A DNA stretch of 64,000 nt from Candidatus Zixiibacteriota bacterium. Lineage in GTDB: Bacteria > Zixibacteria > MSB-5A5 > JAABVY01 > JAHJOQ01. Position 1 is the stretch's first letter, and each line of letters opens with the position of its first letter. This document shows, piece after piece, positions 47,929-58,159 of this stretch. A program made the translations under genes and the position numbers. Under the pieces are notes generated by a model, which did no database searches, was not told the origin of the DNA, and saw only the letters and a list, made by a program, of their open reading frames with translations. The stretch is taken from positions 2,874 through 66,873 of the forward strand of contig JAHJOQ010000110.1 of the NCBI GenBank assembly GCA_018820315.1. Direction: 5' to 3'.

Positions 47929-49320
47929 TTACAATTCAGATATCTTGTACATCGTCACCGGGCCGAGCTCCTCGAGACCAGCCTTGATATCCGCTGCCTT
48001 GCCGACAACTACGAATATCATGTTGTCGTGATCGATATAGTCCTTCGCCGCCTTATTCGCTGCAGCGACATCGACACCGTTAATCTTTGACACGTATGAT
48101 GTCAGGTATTCAACACCGAGCCCATAAAGCTCAGCGGTCTGAATCTGTTGAGCGATCTGTGCCGGAGTCTCGAATACCAGCGGGAAGTATCCGGAGTAGA
48201 ACGAATGGCAGTCGTCGATTTCCTCGTCGGTCAGTCCCTCCGCCCCTACTTTCTTCAACAGTTCAATAGTCGAATTGATCGCGCTGGCGGTGTTCTCATT
48301 GCCGGTGAATGTCGTCACTGCAAAATCGCCGATATCGCGCTGATACGAAAACTGCGAATTGATATCGTAAGTCAGCCCCTGTTCCGCTCGAATGTCCTTC
48401 ATCAGGCGCGAAACAAAACCGCCACCGCCGACTATGTAATTCATCACTCTGACAGCGAATATGTCCGGGTTGGATCGATTGATCCCAAGATGGCCGAACA
48501 TGATGTTCGACTGAGTGGCATCCGGCTTGTCTATCAAGACAATCTTGTATCCGCTGATCGTCGGAGGGGCCGGGAAATTCATCTCCGGCACTGTGCCCTT
48601 CTGCCACGGGCCAAACTTAACTGAAGCCATCTCGAAAACTTCATCCGGCTTGATGTCTCCGACAACGATCAGAAATGAGTTGTTCGGTACGTAGTATTTC
48701 TGATGAAATGCGACCACATCGTCTCTGGTCAGCATCGACATGCTTTCTTCGGTGCCCATAGCGGGAAGAGCATACGGATGATCCCCAAAGATTTGTTTGT
48801 TGAACATCTCAGCTGCAATGCTGTTGGGATCATCTTTGGAGCGCATGATCGCAGAAATCGTCTGGTTGCGAATGCGCTCGACTTCATCGTCGGCGAATGT
48901 CGGATTGATGACCATATCGGAAAGAAGGTCGAATCCGACCGCAAGATGCTTCGAGAGCACTTCGCAATTGGCGTTGGTTTCATCAAGTCCGGCACCCGCA
49001 GCCAGCGATCCGCCTACGAAGTCTATCTCTTCCGATATCTGGTTGGCATCGCGTGTTGTCGTTCCCTGTCTCAGGAGAGACGCCGTGAAGTTCGCGAGTC
49101 CCGCTTTGTCGGCGGTATCAAAACTCTGACCGCCTCGTATGACGAGCCGTATCGAGACAACCGGCTGCTCGTGATGCTCCAGTGCGATAACCTCGAGACC
49201 GTTATCAAGTGTTTTCCGGTTCATCTTCGGCAGTTTCACATCGCTTGCCACGGCTGACGTGGCAAGAATAAAGGCTGCCGTCGCTATCAATGCAACAACT
49301 GTGATTGATCGATTTCTCAT
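47929..49320 (-). CDS. M16 (pitrilysin) family peptidase, non-catalytic subunit
   Basis: Signal peptide; LDNGLEV, GLANFTASLLRQGT (no HxxEH), GGGGFVSRL..IR...GLTY. Confidence 0.9.
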   Translation of the reverse strand: MRNRSITVVALIATAAFILATSAVASDVKLPKMNRKTLDNGLEVIALEHHEQPVVSIRLVIRGGQSFDTADKAGLANFTASLLRQGTTTRDANQISEEIDFVGGSLAAGAGLDETNANCEVLSKHLAVGFDLLSDMVINPTFADDEVERIRNQTISAIMRSKDDPNSIAAEMFNKQIFGDHPYALPAMGTEESMSMLTRDDVVAFHQKYYVPNNSFLIVVGDIKPDEVFEMASVKFGPWQKGTVPEMNFPAPPTISGYKIVLIDKPDATQSNIMFGHLGINRSNPDIFAVRVMNYIVGGGGFVSRLMKDIRAEQGLTYDINSQFSYQRDIGDFAVTTFTGNENTASAINSTIELLKKVGAEGLTDEEIDDCHSFYSGYFPLVFETPAQIAQQIQTAELYGLGVEYLTSYVSKINGVDVAAANKAAKDYIDHDNMIFVVVGKAADIKAGLEELGPVTMYKISEL

Positions 49321-49338
49321 TACGTTTCACTCCCTGCC

Positions 49339-50685
49339 TTACAATCCAAAGCCCATGCCGGCGTCAGACTGCTCCGGCACCAGCGTAACTACGGTACGAT
49401 TCCTGGAATCGAAGTACTTCTTGGCAACTCGCATCACGTCATCGGCGGTCACAGCCATGTACTTGTCCATTTCTCCAAACATATTGCGATAGTCGCCGGT
49501 GAGGGTCTGATACTGCCCGAGCATCTGAGCTTTGTCATCGATGGACTCCATCTGCCCGACCAATTCCGCTTCGATCTGGTTTTTCGCTTTCTGCAATTCG
49601 TGATCGGTAAGCGGTTCATTCTTGATCTTCTCCAATTCATCATAGAGAGCAGCCTCCGCAGTCTCAGTCGTCGCTCCCGGATTCATGAATGCGAACACGT
49701 AGAATAATGCAGGGTCTTCTCTTGTCTCGAACTGACCACCTGCGAAGAGGCAGATTTGTTCGTCATAGACAAGACGTTTATAAGCGCGTGAACTCTGCCC
49801 GCCAGAGAATACTCTGGAGAGCACGTCAAGCGCGTAAGTATCTTCGTTAAGCATCTCCGGAGTGTGGTATCCGGCTATGAAGACCGGAAGCTGTGCCTGC
49901 TTGTGGAATTCCACTCTCCTCTCGCCCATCTGCACCGGCTCCACCGTATGAGGACGGGGGGGCTCAGCACCGCGCGGAATTGCACCGAAATGCTTCTCGA
50001 CAAGCTGCATGGCATCCTTCGGATTGACATCGCCTGCAATCACAAGGGTTGCGTTATTGGGAACATAGTACGTATCGAAATAATTCCGGCAATCATCCAG
50101 CGTTATCGATTCGAGGTCACTCATCCAGCCGATTACGTGCCAGCCATAAGGATGCGCATTGTATGAAGTCGCAAACAACTGCTCGACAATCGGCATGAAT
50201 GGATTGTTGTCGATGCGCCAGCCCCGCTCTTCTATGATGACCTGCCTCTCCGAAGCAAGATTCTTGTCATCGATGGTGAGATTCTGCATCCGTTCGGCTT
50301 CCAGAGATAGCGCCAGATCAAGCTTTTCATTACCGAGTGTCTCGTGATAGACGGTCTGATCGAAATAGGTGTATGCGTTCGATGTACCACCGTTCTTCTG
50401 GACTATTCTGGCGTGTTCCTCTGGCGGTATGTTCTTCGAACCTTTAAACATCATGTGTTCAAACAGGTGCGAGATTCCGGTGATTCCCGGCCGTTCGTTC
50501 TTCGAGCCGACATGATACCAGATCTGACTGGTTACAGCCGGCGTCGAATGATCTTCGAGAATGATCACCTTCAGGCCGTTATCCAACTCCGCTTCAGTAA
50601 TCGGCCACTCGGCTGGACCTGCAGCGATGGCCGGTACCGACATCAGACAGAACGCTGTCAACAGCGCAATAAGTGTTAGTTTCAC
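49339..50685 (-). CDS. M16 (pitrilysin) family peptidase, catalytic subunit
   Basis: Signal peptide; VGSKNE, HLFEHMMF (HxxEH), NAYT, YYVPNNA. Confidence 0.93.
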   Translation of the reverse strand: MKLTLIALLTAFCLMSVPAIAAGPAEWPITEAELDNGLKVIILEDHSTPAVTSQIWYHVGSKNERPGITGISHLFEHMMFKGSKNIPPEEHARIVQKNGGTSNAYTYFDQTVYHETLGNEKLDLALSLEAERMQNLTIDDKNLASERQVIIEERGWRIDNNPFMPIVEQLFATSYNAHPYGWHVIGWMSDLESITLDDCRNYFDTYYVPNNATLVIAGDVNPKDAMQLVEKHFGAIPRGAEPPRPHTVEPVQMGERRVEFHKQAQLPVFIAGYHTPEMLNEDTYALDVLSRVFSGGQSSRAYKRLVYDEQICLFAGGQFETREDPALFYVFAFMNPGATTETAEAALYDELEKIKNEPLTDHELQKAKNQIEAELVGQMESIDDKAQMLGQYQTLTGDYRNMFGEMDKYMAVTADDVMRVAKKYFDSRNRTVVTLVPEQSDAGMGFGL

Positions 50686-50868
50686 TTCCTTCCTCCTTCC
50701 ATATTGACAGATACTCTCATTCCAATCGGGCTAATATACTCTTTCCAGATCGATTTTGGCAACCGGTTTAACAACAGAATTGAAAGTGCGCTGGTTTCGC
50801 AAGCTTTGCAGATTATCGCGTTCCTGCTGGACAAACTTCCCCTGCCGGAAACCGCACATGTTGCAAGG

Positions 50869-53298
50869 TTATTTGATTCTTATCTCGTAGGGACTCCTGA
50901 AATAATACCCGTTTCCCAATCCGGCAGCGAAGTCATCAGGTATTTCTGCGACTTCCGGATGTGTGACTAATCTGATAAGACCTGCCACAGTCGCCAGGGG
51001 CTGCAAGCTCGGAATCGCTGAGTGCTGCCTGGTCGGGACAATCTCCACAACAACATCCCGGCGCTTGATACGTGCCAGCTGGCAGGCTGTGTCTATCGCA
51101 TCGGAAATCCCGCCAATGCCGTCAATGAGATTGCGATCAAACGCGCGATTTCCGCTCCATATACGTCCCTGAGCAACCTCGTCAACTTCGTCGTACGTCA
51201 TACCCCGATTTTCCGCCACGGTATTGACGAAATCATCGTAAACAAGCCTGATCTGCTTGTGGAGCTTCAGGCGCTGCTCATCGGTGAAACCGTGCGCCAT
51301 CGAAAAAAAATCGGCGTTATCTCCCCTCTTGACGATATAGGTCGAGAAACCAAGATTCTCGCGAAGCCTCGACAGGTCGAGTTTTCCGTAAATCACGCCG
51401 ATCGATCCGGTGACTGTCGAATTCTGCGCCAGTATGTAGTCCGAGGCGGATGAGATATGATACCCCCCGGATGCCGCAACATTGCTCATCGAGACAATGA
51501 CCGGTTTCTGTTCCTGAGTCAGTTTCAGTTCACGCCAAATAGACTCTGAACCAAGCACCTGCCCCCCGGGACTATTCACCCTGAGGACAACCGCTTTGAC
51601 AGACTCATTCGTACGTGCCCTGCGAATTGCCTGATTCAGCGTCTCAGATCCAAGAGACTTGCCGGTGAACAAGCTGTTACCGCTGACTCCGTCTGTGATT
51701 GATCCCTCGGCTGGAATGATTGCAACGCATGGAAGCTCACCCCATCGAGCATCATAAGTCCCGATATCAATGTACTGCTTGAACGTTACCGGCGATGCAC
51801 CACTCAACTGAGCTCCGGCCCAGTCCTCGAATTCGTCCGGATAGATGAGAGTATCGACGAGCCCAGCCTCAAGAGCATCGACAGATGTAATCGGCGCATT
51901 ATCGATCAGCAACATTAGGCTGTCAGACGAAATCGCTCGCGATTCTGCGATTCCGCACATCACCTGATCCCAGATATCATCGAGGAGAGCATCAACTGCC
52001 TCCCGGTGACAAACCGACATGCTGTCGCGGGTCACCAAGTCGGAGGCTGTCTTATAATCACCGATATGCTCAAGCTGTGCATCGATACCGAGCTTGTCCA
52101 AAGTGCCCTTGTAGAATGTTACTTCAGCCCGCAGGCCCATCATTTCGAGCTGATCGAGCCTCTGCATGGCGATCTTATCGCACGCTGATGCAAGATAGTA
52201 TGATCCTGTCCCGGATAATGGTGCAAGAAAACAGACGACCTCTTTTCCCCGCGCCTTAATCTGCATGATCTTCACCCGTAGTTCCTCAAGTTGGGCAAAG
52301 CCGAACTTCGGATGGTCTAAATACAATGCGATGCCTGTGATGTGTGCATCATCGCGGATGCGATCCAGTCCAAGGATCAGATCGGAGAATGTCCGCCGCT
52401 CCTTTTTCCAGAGAAAGCTTGTCTGACGTTCCTCAGGATAAGATCCGGAAAGTTTGAGAACCGTGTAACGATTTGGGTGTAGCAGAGCATAGCCACGGGT
52501 GTTATAACTGTAACCGTACGAGACCACGCCTGATCCAAATTCCGGTTCATCGTCGAAGTATGCATAAGACTCTACGACGGATCGACCGAAAGCAAGAGAC
52601 AATCCGATTCCAAAGAACTTATTCTCGTCGGCATGCCCACTTACCCACATGCCATCTTTGAGCTTGATGTCGGCGAATGCCGTAAACCTGCCATGTTTGA
52701 ATTTCTCGCCGCCATAGAACAGGTAATCACCCGATAGCGTGATCTTCTCGCCGAAAGGCCTCAGTCCGCCACCTACGGTGTACTCCACGCTCGTCTTATC
52801 ACCCTCGAACTCCATACGGTTCAGATTGTTAGCAACAGCGGCCAACGAGAGCTTCCTGTTTGGGCGATAAACCATGCCGATTTTCCAGAAATGGTCGTTG
52901 TGGAATCCCTGTCGATCGGTCTTGTAAAATGTGTAGCTCGATCCGACCAGCAGCCGTTTGTTATAGCGCGAGGCCAGCGCAATCGTCCAGGAACTGACCG
53001 AGGGCTCGCCACTGCGCTTGAGGCTGTAGTAACCCAGCCCTAATCCGCCGCGAGAAAAAACGAGTCCATTGTCACCGTCGAATGTCGAATCATCAAACGA
53101 GTGATAAAACTGCATCTCGAGATAGGGGTTCGATTTCATGACAGCAGGATTATAAAAGACTGCATCGGTACCATCGACAGATGCGACTGATCTTGCACCG
53201 TGCGGGTAACTAATGGATGGATACCGCACCGCATTCGCATTAGCTGCAATTGCAGTCAGTATGATCAGTATTCCTGCGACAACTCTCTTCACGTACAT
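50869..53298 (-). CDS. sppA: Signal peptide peptidase SppA (S49, 67K type) with an extra N-terminal beta-barrel-like domain
   Basis: Signal peptide, then ~250 aa of alternating aromatic beta-strands; tandem S49 domains (GDYKTA, LRVNSPGG, AASGGY, TGSIGV, VAQGRIWSG). Start ATG 53298 with GGGAG RBS. Confidence 0.85.
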   Translation of the reverse strand: MYVKRVVAGILIILTAIAANANAVRYPSISYPHGARSVASVDGTDAVFYNPAVMKSNPYLEMQFYHSFDDSTFDGDNGLVFSRGGLGLGYYSLKRSGEPSVSSWTIALASRYNKRLLVGSSYTFYKTDRQGFHNDHFWKIGMVYRPNRKLSLAAVANNLNRMEFEGDKTSVEYTVGGGLRPFGEKITLSGDYLFYGGEKFKHGRFTAFADIKLKDGMWVSGHADENKFFGIGLSLAFGRSVVESYAYFDDEPEFGSGVVSYGYSYNTRGYALLHPNRYTVLKLSGSYPEERQTSFLWKKERRTFSDLILGLDRIRDDAHITGIALYLDHPKFGFAQLEELRVKIMQIKARGKEVVCFLAPLSGTGSYYLASACDKIAMQRLDQLEMMGLRAEVTFYKGTLDKLGIDAQLEHIGDYKTASDLVTRDSMSVCHREAVDALLDDIWDQVMCGIAESRAISSDSLMLLIDNAPITSVDALEAGLVDTLIYPDEFEDWAGAQLSGASPVTFKQYIDIGTYDARWGELPCVAIIPAEGSITDGVSGNSLFTGKSLGSETLNQAIRRARTNESVKAVVLRVNSPGGQVLGSESIWRELKLTQEQKPVIVSMSNVAASGGYHISSASDYILAQNSTVTGSIGVIYGKLDLSRLRENLGFSTYIVKRGDNADFFSMAHGFTDEQRLKLHKQIRLVYDDFVNTVAENRGMTYDEVDEVAQGRIWSGNRAFDRNLIDGIGGISDAIDTACQLARIKRRDVVVEIVPTRQHSAIPSLQPLATVAGLIRLVTHPEVAEIPDDFAAGLGNGYYFRSPYEIRIK

Positions 53299-53516
53299 GG
53301 CCACTCCCTGGCTGACTATTCACTTATATCAGAGGGCATTCGCGCTGATCGGATCGAGCCAACCCGGCATCGCGAGTCCCGTTACGATTGCTATCATAAT
53401 CGTTCAAATGGAATCCGGCAACAAGTCTTTGTGAAGACTAAAGGACGGGGTCTGAGTGTAGGAAGCTACAACCGAATAGGCAGGTGTGATATATCCTGTG
53501 TCGCTCGGCGATCTGT

Positions 53517-54614
53517 CTACGGCACTCCATAGAATTTCTTGCCCTGAATGCTGACCGTACCGATCCCACTAATATCGACATTTACTTTAGATTCAGGATT
53601 GTCTGTGTGAGCTACAAGGCGGTGCCGCCCCATCTCCTCCGATGTGACTGTTATGCCTGTCATGTGTATCCTTCCCCCCCGTTCGACATTCAAATCGAAT
53701 TCCGCCTCGACATCTTCCGGCAATATCAGCTCCACATTTGAGAAATCATCGGTAACATATAGCTCGGCGTCCTTAAGCTCGATAATCTCAGCGTCAATAG
53801 ATCCGTAAGTCGTAACAAAGCGAGATCTGCCGCTCGTGAGCTTGATACCTCGAAGGTCAATTGCCGAATAGGACGTCACACATTCCACAACACCAGTCAG
53901 GCGAGAAATCTCTATCACCCCGTATTCATTCCTGAAAAGCGCCATTCCATCCTTTGTGTCTATTTTCTGAGCACGGATCATGTTGTTAGACGTGGTTACG
54001 TCGATGGCGCCCTGAATATTGTCGAGGTTTACACGGCTGTTTTCAGTAAGAATCTTGAGCATCTGTGTAACGTTTGATACCCTGATTCTCCCGTAGTCAT
54101 TCAAAACTTCAACAATCGTGAATGGACCCTGGATATTTATGTCAAAATACTCCGCCTGCAAGTCGATTCCAAGACTCTCTGGAAGCACAAGCTCGATTTC
54201 GAGCCTGGCGCTCTGGTCGGTGCCCTGCCAGGGCGCTCCCCGCTCAGCGTCGGCACGAAGCACGAGAACTCCATTAGACTTGTCGGACACCAGCTTTATG
54301 TACTTTGCGAAGTTCTCCGCCTCATCGAGTGATCTCGCCTTGAAATGTTCTGAGTAGACAAGCCTTGTTTCGGTAGCTGAAGTCTTCATAGAGATTGTGC
54401 CCGTAAATCCCGACGAGGCTGTGAACGCCAATCTGGTGATTCCGTCAAAATCCAATTGTTCAGTAATCGTTTCTGACTCATAAATATTGCCGGTCACATT
54501 CGTAATCTTGACAGTCTGAGCCGAGGTGCCTGAAAACGACAACAGGAGAATCAAGATTGGCAAGTATGTCGCATGTTTACAGGTCTGAATTGGCATAATA
54601 TCCCTCTCGCTCAC
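53517..54614 (-). CDS. Secreted DUF4097 / putative adhesin beta-strand repeat protein
   Basis: Signal peptide; repeats of (N/T)xxGxI (NDYGRI, NEYGVI, TTYGSI, ISGIGTV). Confidence 0.7.
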   Translation of the reverse strand: MSERDIMPIQTCKHATYLPILILLLSFSGTSAQTVKITNVTGNIYESETITEQLDFDGITRLAFTASSGFTGTISMKTSATETRLVYSEHFKARSLDEAENFAKYIKLVSDKSNGVLVLRADAERGAPWQGTDQSARLEIELVLPESLGIDLQAEYFDINIQGPFTIVEVLNDYGRIRVSNVTQMLKILTENSRVNLDNIQGAIDVTTSNNMIRAQKIDTKDGMALFRNEYGVIEISRLTGVVECVTSYSAIDLRGIKLTSGRSRFVTTYGSIDAEIIELKDAELYVTDDFSNVELILPEDVEAEFDLNVERGGRIHMTGITVTSEEMGRHRLVAHTDNPESKVNVDISGIGTVSIQGKKFYGVP

Positions 54615-55432
54615 TTCCTGACTACGGTTTCCCCAGCCCCAGGTTTCGTCTGTTTTGCAGATTGAAAAGCCTGTGAGATTTCATACATGGCAATTCCCGC
54701 TGCAACAGGGGCACTGAGCGATTCGCAGCCATCTCCGATCGGAATTCGGATCACCTTGTCGCACAATGAAATAACGCCAGCCGAGATACCGTGAGCCTCG
54801 TTTCCGATAACAAGGCACACTGGTCTGCTACCTTCCGGCATACTATCAGAAATATCGCTTTCAGAACTCGTTCCAACTACTCTACGTCCGGAAGCCTTCA
54901 GTTCAGTCAGCAAATCAGCCAGTTCAGCGTCGGCATGGATATCAAGGTGAAATATGCTGCCAGCAGATGCCCTGACGACCTTGGGCGAATACAACTCGAC
55001 AGAACCTGAACTCAGTATCACATCTCTGAAACCGAATGCGTGCGCCGACCGCAGAATTGCACCGAGGTTTGATGGGTCTGCCATCGCGTCAAGAGCAAGA
55101 ATCAGCTCCGAGTTAACCTTCGCAGGAGTGTCGTTCTTCTCAGGTCCTGATAGCACCGCAACGATTCCCTGCGACGACCGGGAGCTATCGAAACGTCTCA
55201 GATCCCTGGCTGCCAGTTCGAATATCTCCTTGCCGTCCACTCTTCGAAGGAATTCCTCTCCAGTCGAAGTCAGTTCAGACCGTGACACGACAAGATACTG
55301 GATCGGCCAGTTCGCCTTGATCGCTTCCTCTATTACTCTCACTCCGGAGACAAGGAAAGCGTTTCTCTCCCGCCGTCCCTTGACCGTCAACAGCGAGACG
55401 AATTCTTTTAGCCTGCTCCCACTCAGTTTCAT
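54611..55432 (-). CDS. TrmH/SpoU family RNA 2'-O-methyltransferase
   Basis: DPSNLGAILRSA, KVVRASAG, VIGNEAHG, IPI...ESLS. Confidence 0.9.
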   Translation of the reverse strand: MKLSGSRLKEFVSLLTVKGRRERNAFLVSGVRVIEEAIKANWPIQYLVVSRSELTSTGEEFLRRVDGKEIFELAARDLRRFDSSRSSQGIVAVLSGPEKNDTPAKVNSELILALDAMADPSNLGAILRSAHAFGFRDVILSSGSVELYSPKVVRASAGSIFHLDIHADAELADLLTELKASGRRVVGTSSESDISDSMPEGSRPVCLVIGNEAHGISAGVISLCDKVIRIPIGDGCESLSAPVAAGIAMYEISQAFQSAKQTKPGAGETVVRK

Positions 55433-55528
55433 GCCATCAATTAAGCGGAAAAGTCAGTTTAAAGTCAACCGAAACAATTAAGCGTGATTTCTGTTGCGAT
55501 TGGGTTCACCGTTTCGTAGTTTCTTCCG

Positions 55529-58159
55529 ATGATTCGTCTAAGAATTCTCTTTGGCTTGCTTCTTCTGCTGCTCCTGCACACATCCGGGCTCGGCGGACAG
55601 GCAAGGACTCTCGTCAGATTCGATCTCGACAGTCTTCTATCACGCGGCTTTCCCGAGTACCAGCCGAAGCTCGGAGGTGCGAGAGTCGGCCTGGTGATGT
55701 CTGGTGGAGGAGCGAGAGGTTTAGCACAAATCGGCGCATTGAAAGTCCTCGAAAATAGCGATATTGAAGTAGATCTCATCGCCGGCACAAGCATGGGTGG
55801 TGTGGTGGGCGGACTGTGGGCCGCTGGATTCTCCGCAGACAGCATCGAACGCCTGGCCAGGAATGTTGATTGGTCCAGTTTTTTCTCCGATAGACCGAAA
55901 AGGTCTAATCTCTTCATGACACAGCGTGAGGAGGGAGAGAAACATCTGCTGACGCTTCGATTCGACGGGTTCAAACCGACAATCCCGACCGCTCTCACCT
56001 CAGGACAGAAACTGACCTCGCTCCTCAACAGACTCTCTATCGAGACAAACTATGGTTGCCGCCACGATTTCGACAGGCTTAGGATTCCTCTGAGGATATG
56101 CGCAGTCGATATTCTGACAGCTAAGCCGGTTATCATTCGCAAGGGGAATCTTGCAGACGCCCTTAGAGCGACTATGTCCGTGCCGCTGGCTTTCACACCG
56201 CTCGAGATTGATTCCATGATGCTCATGGATGGTGGACTGCTGATGCCAATACCGGTTGAAGTCGCTCGCGACGCAGGAGCAAACGTCGTAATTGCCATCA
56301 ACACAACATCAGGACTGCTCGAAAGAGATCAGATTTCTGATGCGATCGACATAGCGAATCAGACCACGACTATCATGCAGCTTGAGACCAGAAACAATGA
56401 ACTTTCCAAAGCAGACGTGGTGGTCACTCCGGATCTCGGAGGGAAATTGGCAACCGATTTCAGCGGAATTGACCTAATGATTGCTGCCGGAGAAGCGGCG
56501 ATGCTGGAAGCCCTGCCACAAATCAGGGCGAAGATTGACACCGAACGGTATTTGTGCGGCGACGCAGCTTCGGTGCGAGTCGATTCCATATCAGCCCCGG
56601 GATTTTTGCGGACTAATCCGACAGTTATTGATCTTACCAAAACGGCCAGGCAGGGGAAGCTGCTCACCATTTTCCAGATTAGGCAGGCCGCACTTCAAAT
56701 CCTGAACTCGGGGACCGTATCTCATCTTGAGGTAAGGCATGTTGAGTCTGACAGTCTCGGCCTGCTTATCTTGGAATCATGCCCGATATCGCCTGCCGCC
56801 AGGGTTGGCTGGGTTGGCAACGAGACTATCAGCGACGGAACAATTCGGAGTGCTATCAGCTCATGTGACTCAACCGAGAATGGCGCCGATGCTATTCAGG
56901 ATGTCTATGACCGATTCTCCGTCCTCTACAGGAGCTGTGGATATGATCTAATGGAGATAGACTCGGTTACGTACAATATTCTCGCAGACTCAACCACTTA
57001 CTACATCTCCGAAGGTTTGATTTCGCGTGTCATGATTACAGGCAACGACCGCACTCGAGGCTGGGTGATCAAGCGGAATTTCACTCTTGATCCGGGCGAA
57101 CCGTTCAATCTTGAAGCCGCTGAGAAGGGAATGTCGAACATCTATTCGACCGGGCTGTTCGAACGGGTCAATTTCGATGTAGAGCGTCGCGAAAATGAGG
57201 CGCTCGTGCGCATCGAAGTCAAAGAGAAGAAATTCGACCACATGCGCATCGGAGCACACTACCACGAGCACTACCATGCAGAGACTTTCGCGGATTTTGC
57301 CGACGCGAATGTCCTTGGATTGTCACACGAATTGTTTTTCAGGGTCCAGTACGGCGAGAAACGGAAGTACTACAGTCTGAATCTTAAGGCAGACAGGATA
57401 TTCGAAACCTATCTCACATATCGCATAAAGTTGTATCACGAAAGGCTGAAGCGAGATCGGTATGAGGACAATGTCTCACTCGGATTCAACAGAGAGCGAC
57501 GCACCGGCGCTATGGTAGCTTTCGGCCAGCAGATATCGAAACTTGGGACGGTTACGATCGAGGCAAGAGCGGAGCGGCTCCGAATCGATCTGCCGGTATT
57601 CGCGGGACTGATACACAGAAGTCTGCGCAGCATTACCCTGCGGTCGAAGGTCGACAATCTCGACAAATACCCCTACCCCGATGCAGGTGTCGCGGCCCAC
57701 TTCTATCTTGAGCTTGCGTACGATGCTTTCGGCGGAGAAGACCGCTATAAGAAGGCGTATTTCGATTGGAAGGCACAGATTCCTCTCAGTGATAAGCTCG
57801 GTCTCCAGCCAAGCTTCGCCATCGGTGCGTCCGATGTCGCGCTGCCAATGTTCGAGAAATTCTCCCTCGGTGGCAACAGGAATCTGTATGGATACCACAA
57901 CGACGCTCTTGAGGGAGATAAGCTGTTCAGAGGAAGTTTCGGCCTTAGATATGCCCTGCCGTACGGATTTTACGTAACGGGACGGTATGATGTCGGCAAT
58001 ATCTGGAGTACACTCGAGGAAATTCGTTTTGACAACCTGCTCCACTGCTCCGGCGTAGAACTGTCATACGACTCTCCGCTCGGACCGATTTCGGTCAGCT
58101 ATGGCCGAGCGGAACGCGAGCATGAGCGCGCGTATATCGATGTCGGTTATGATTTTTGA
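55529..58159 (+). CDS. Patatin-like phospholipase with POTRA and Omp85-type barrel (PlpD / type Vd-like)
   Basis: GGGARG, GTSMG, DGG patatin motifs; POTRA (ITGNDRT..VIKR, GLFERV..VKEK); C-terminal beta-signal YIDVGYDF. Confidence 0.9.
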   Translation: MIRLRILFGLLLLLLLHTSGLGGQARTLVRFDLDSLLSRGFPEYQPKLGGARVGLVMSGGGARGLAQIGALKVLENSDIEVDLIAGTSMGGVVGGLWAAGFSADSIERLARNVDWSSFFSDRPKRSNLFMTQREEGEKHLLTLRFDGFKPTIPTALTSGQKLTSLLNRLSIETNYGCRHDFDRLRIPLRICAVDILTAKPVIIRKGNLADALRATMSVPLAFTPLEIDSMMLMDGGLLMPIPVEVARDAGANVVIAINTTSGLLERDQISDAIDIANQTTTIMQLETRNNELSKADVVVTPDLGGKLATDFSGIDLMIAAGEAAMLEALPQIRAKIDTERYLCGDAASVRVDSISAPGFLRTNPTVIDLTKTARQGKLLTIFQIRQAALQILNSGTVSHLEVRHVESDSLGLLILESCPISPAARVGWVGNETISDGTIRSAISSCDSTENGADAIQDVYDRFSVLYRSCGYDLMEIDSVTYNILADSTTYYISEGLISRVMITGNDRTRGWVIKRNFTLDPGEPFNLEAAEKGMSNIYSTGLFERVNFDVERRENEALVRIEVKEKKFDHMRIGAHYHEHYHAETFADFADANVLGLSHELFFRVQYGEKRKYYSLNLKADRIFETYLTYRIKLYHERLKRDRYEDNVSLGFNRERRTGAMVAFGQQISKLGTVTIEARAERLRIDLPVFAGLIHRSLRSITLRSKVDNLDKYPYPDAGVAAHFYLELAYDAFGGEDRYKKAYFDWKAQIPLSDKLGLQPSFAIGASDVALPMFEKFSLGGNRNLYGYHNDALEGDKLFRGSFGLRYALPYGFYVTGRYDVGNIWSTLEEIRFDNLLHCSGVELSYDSPLGPISVSYGRAEREHERAYIDVGYDF

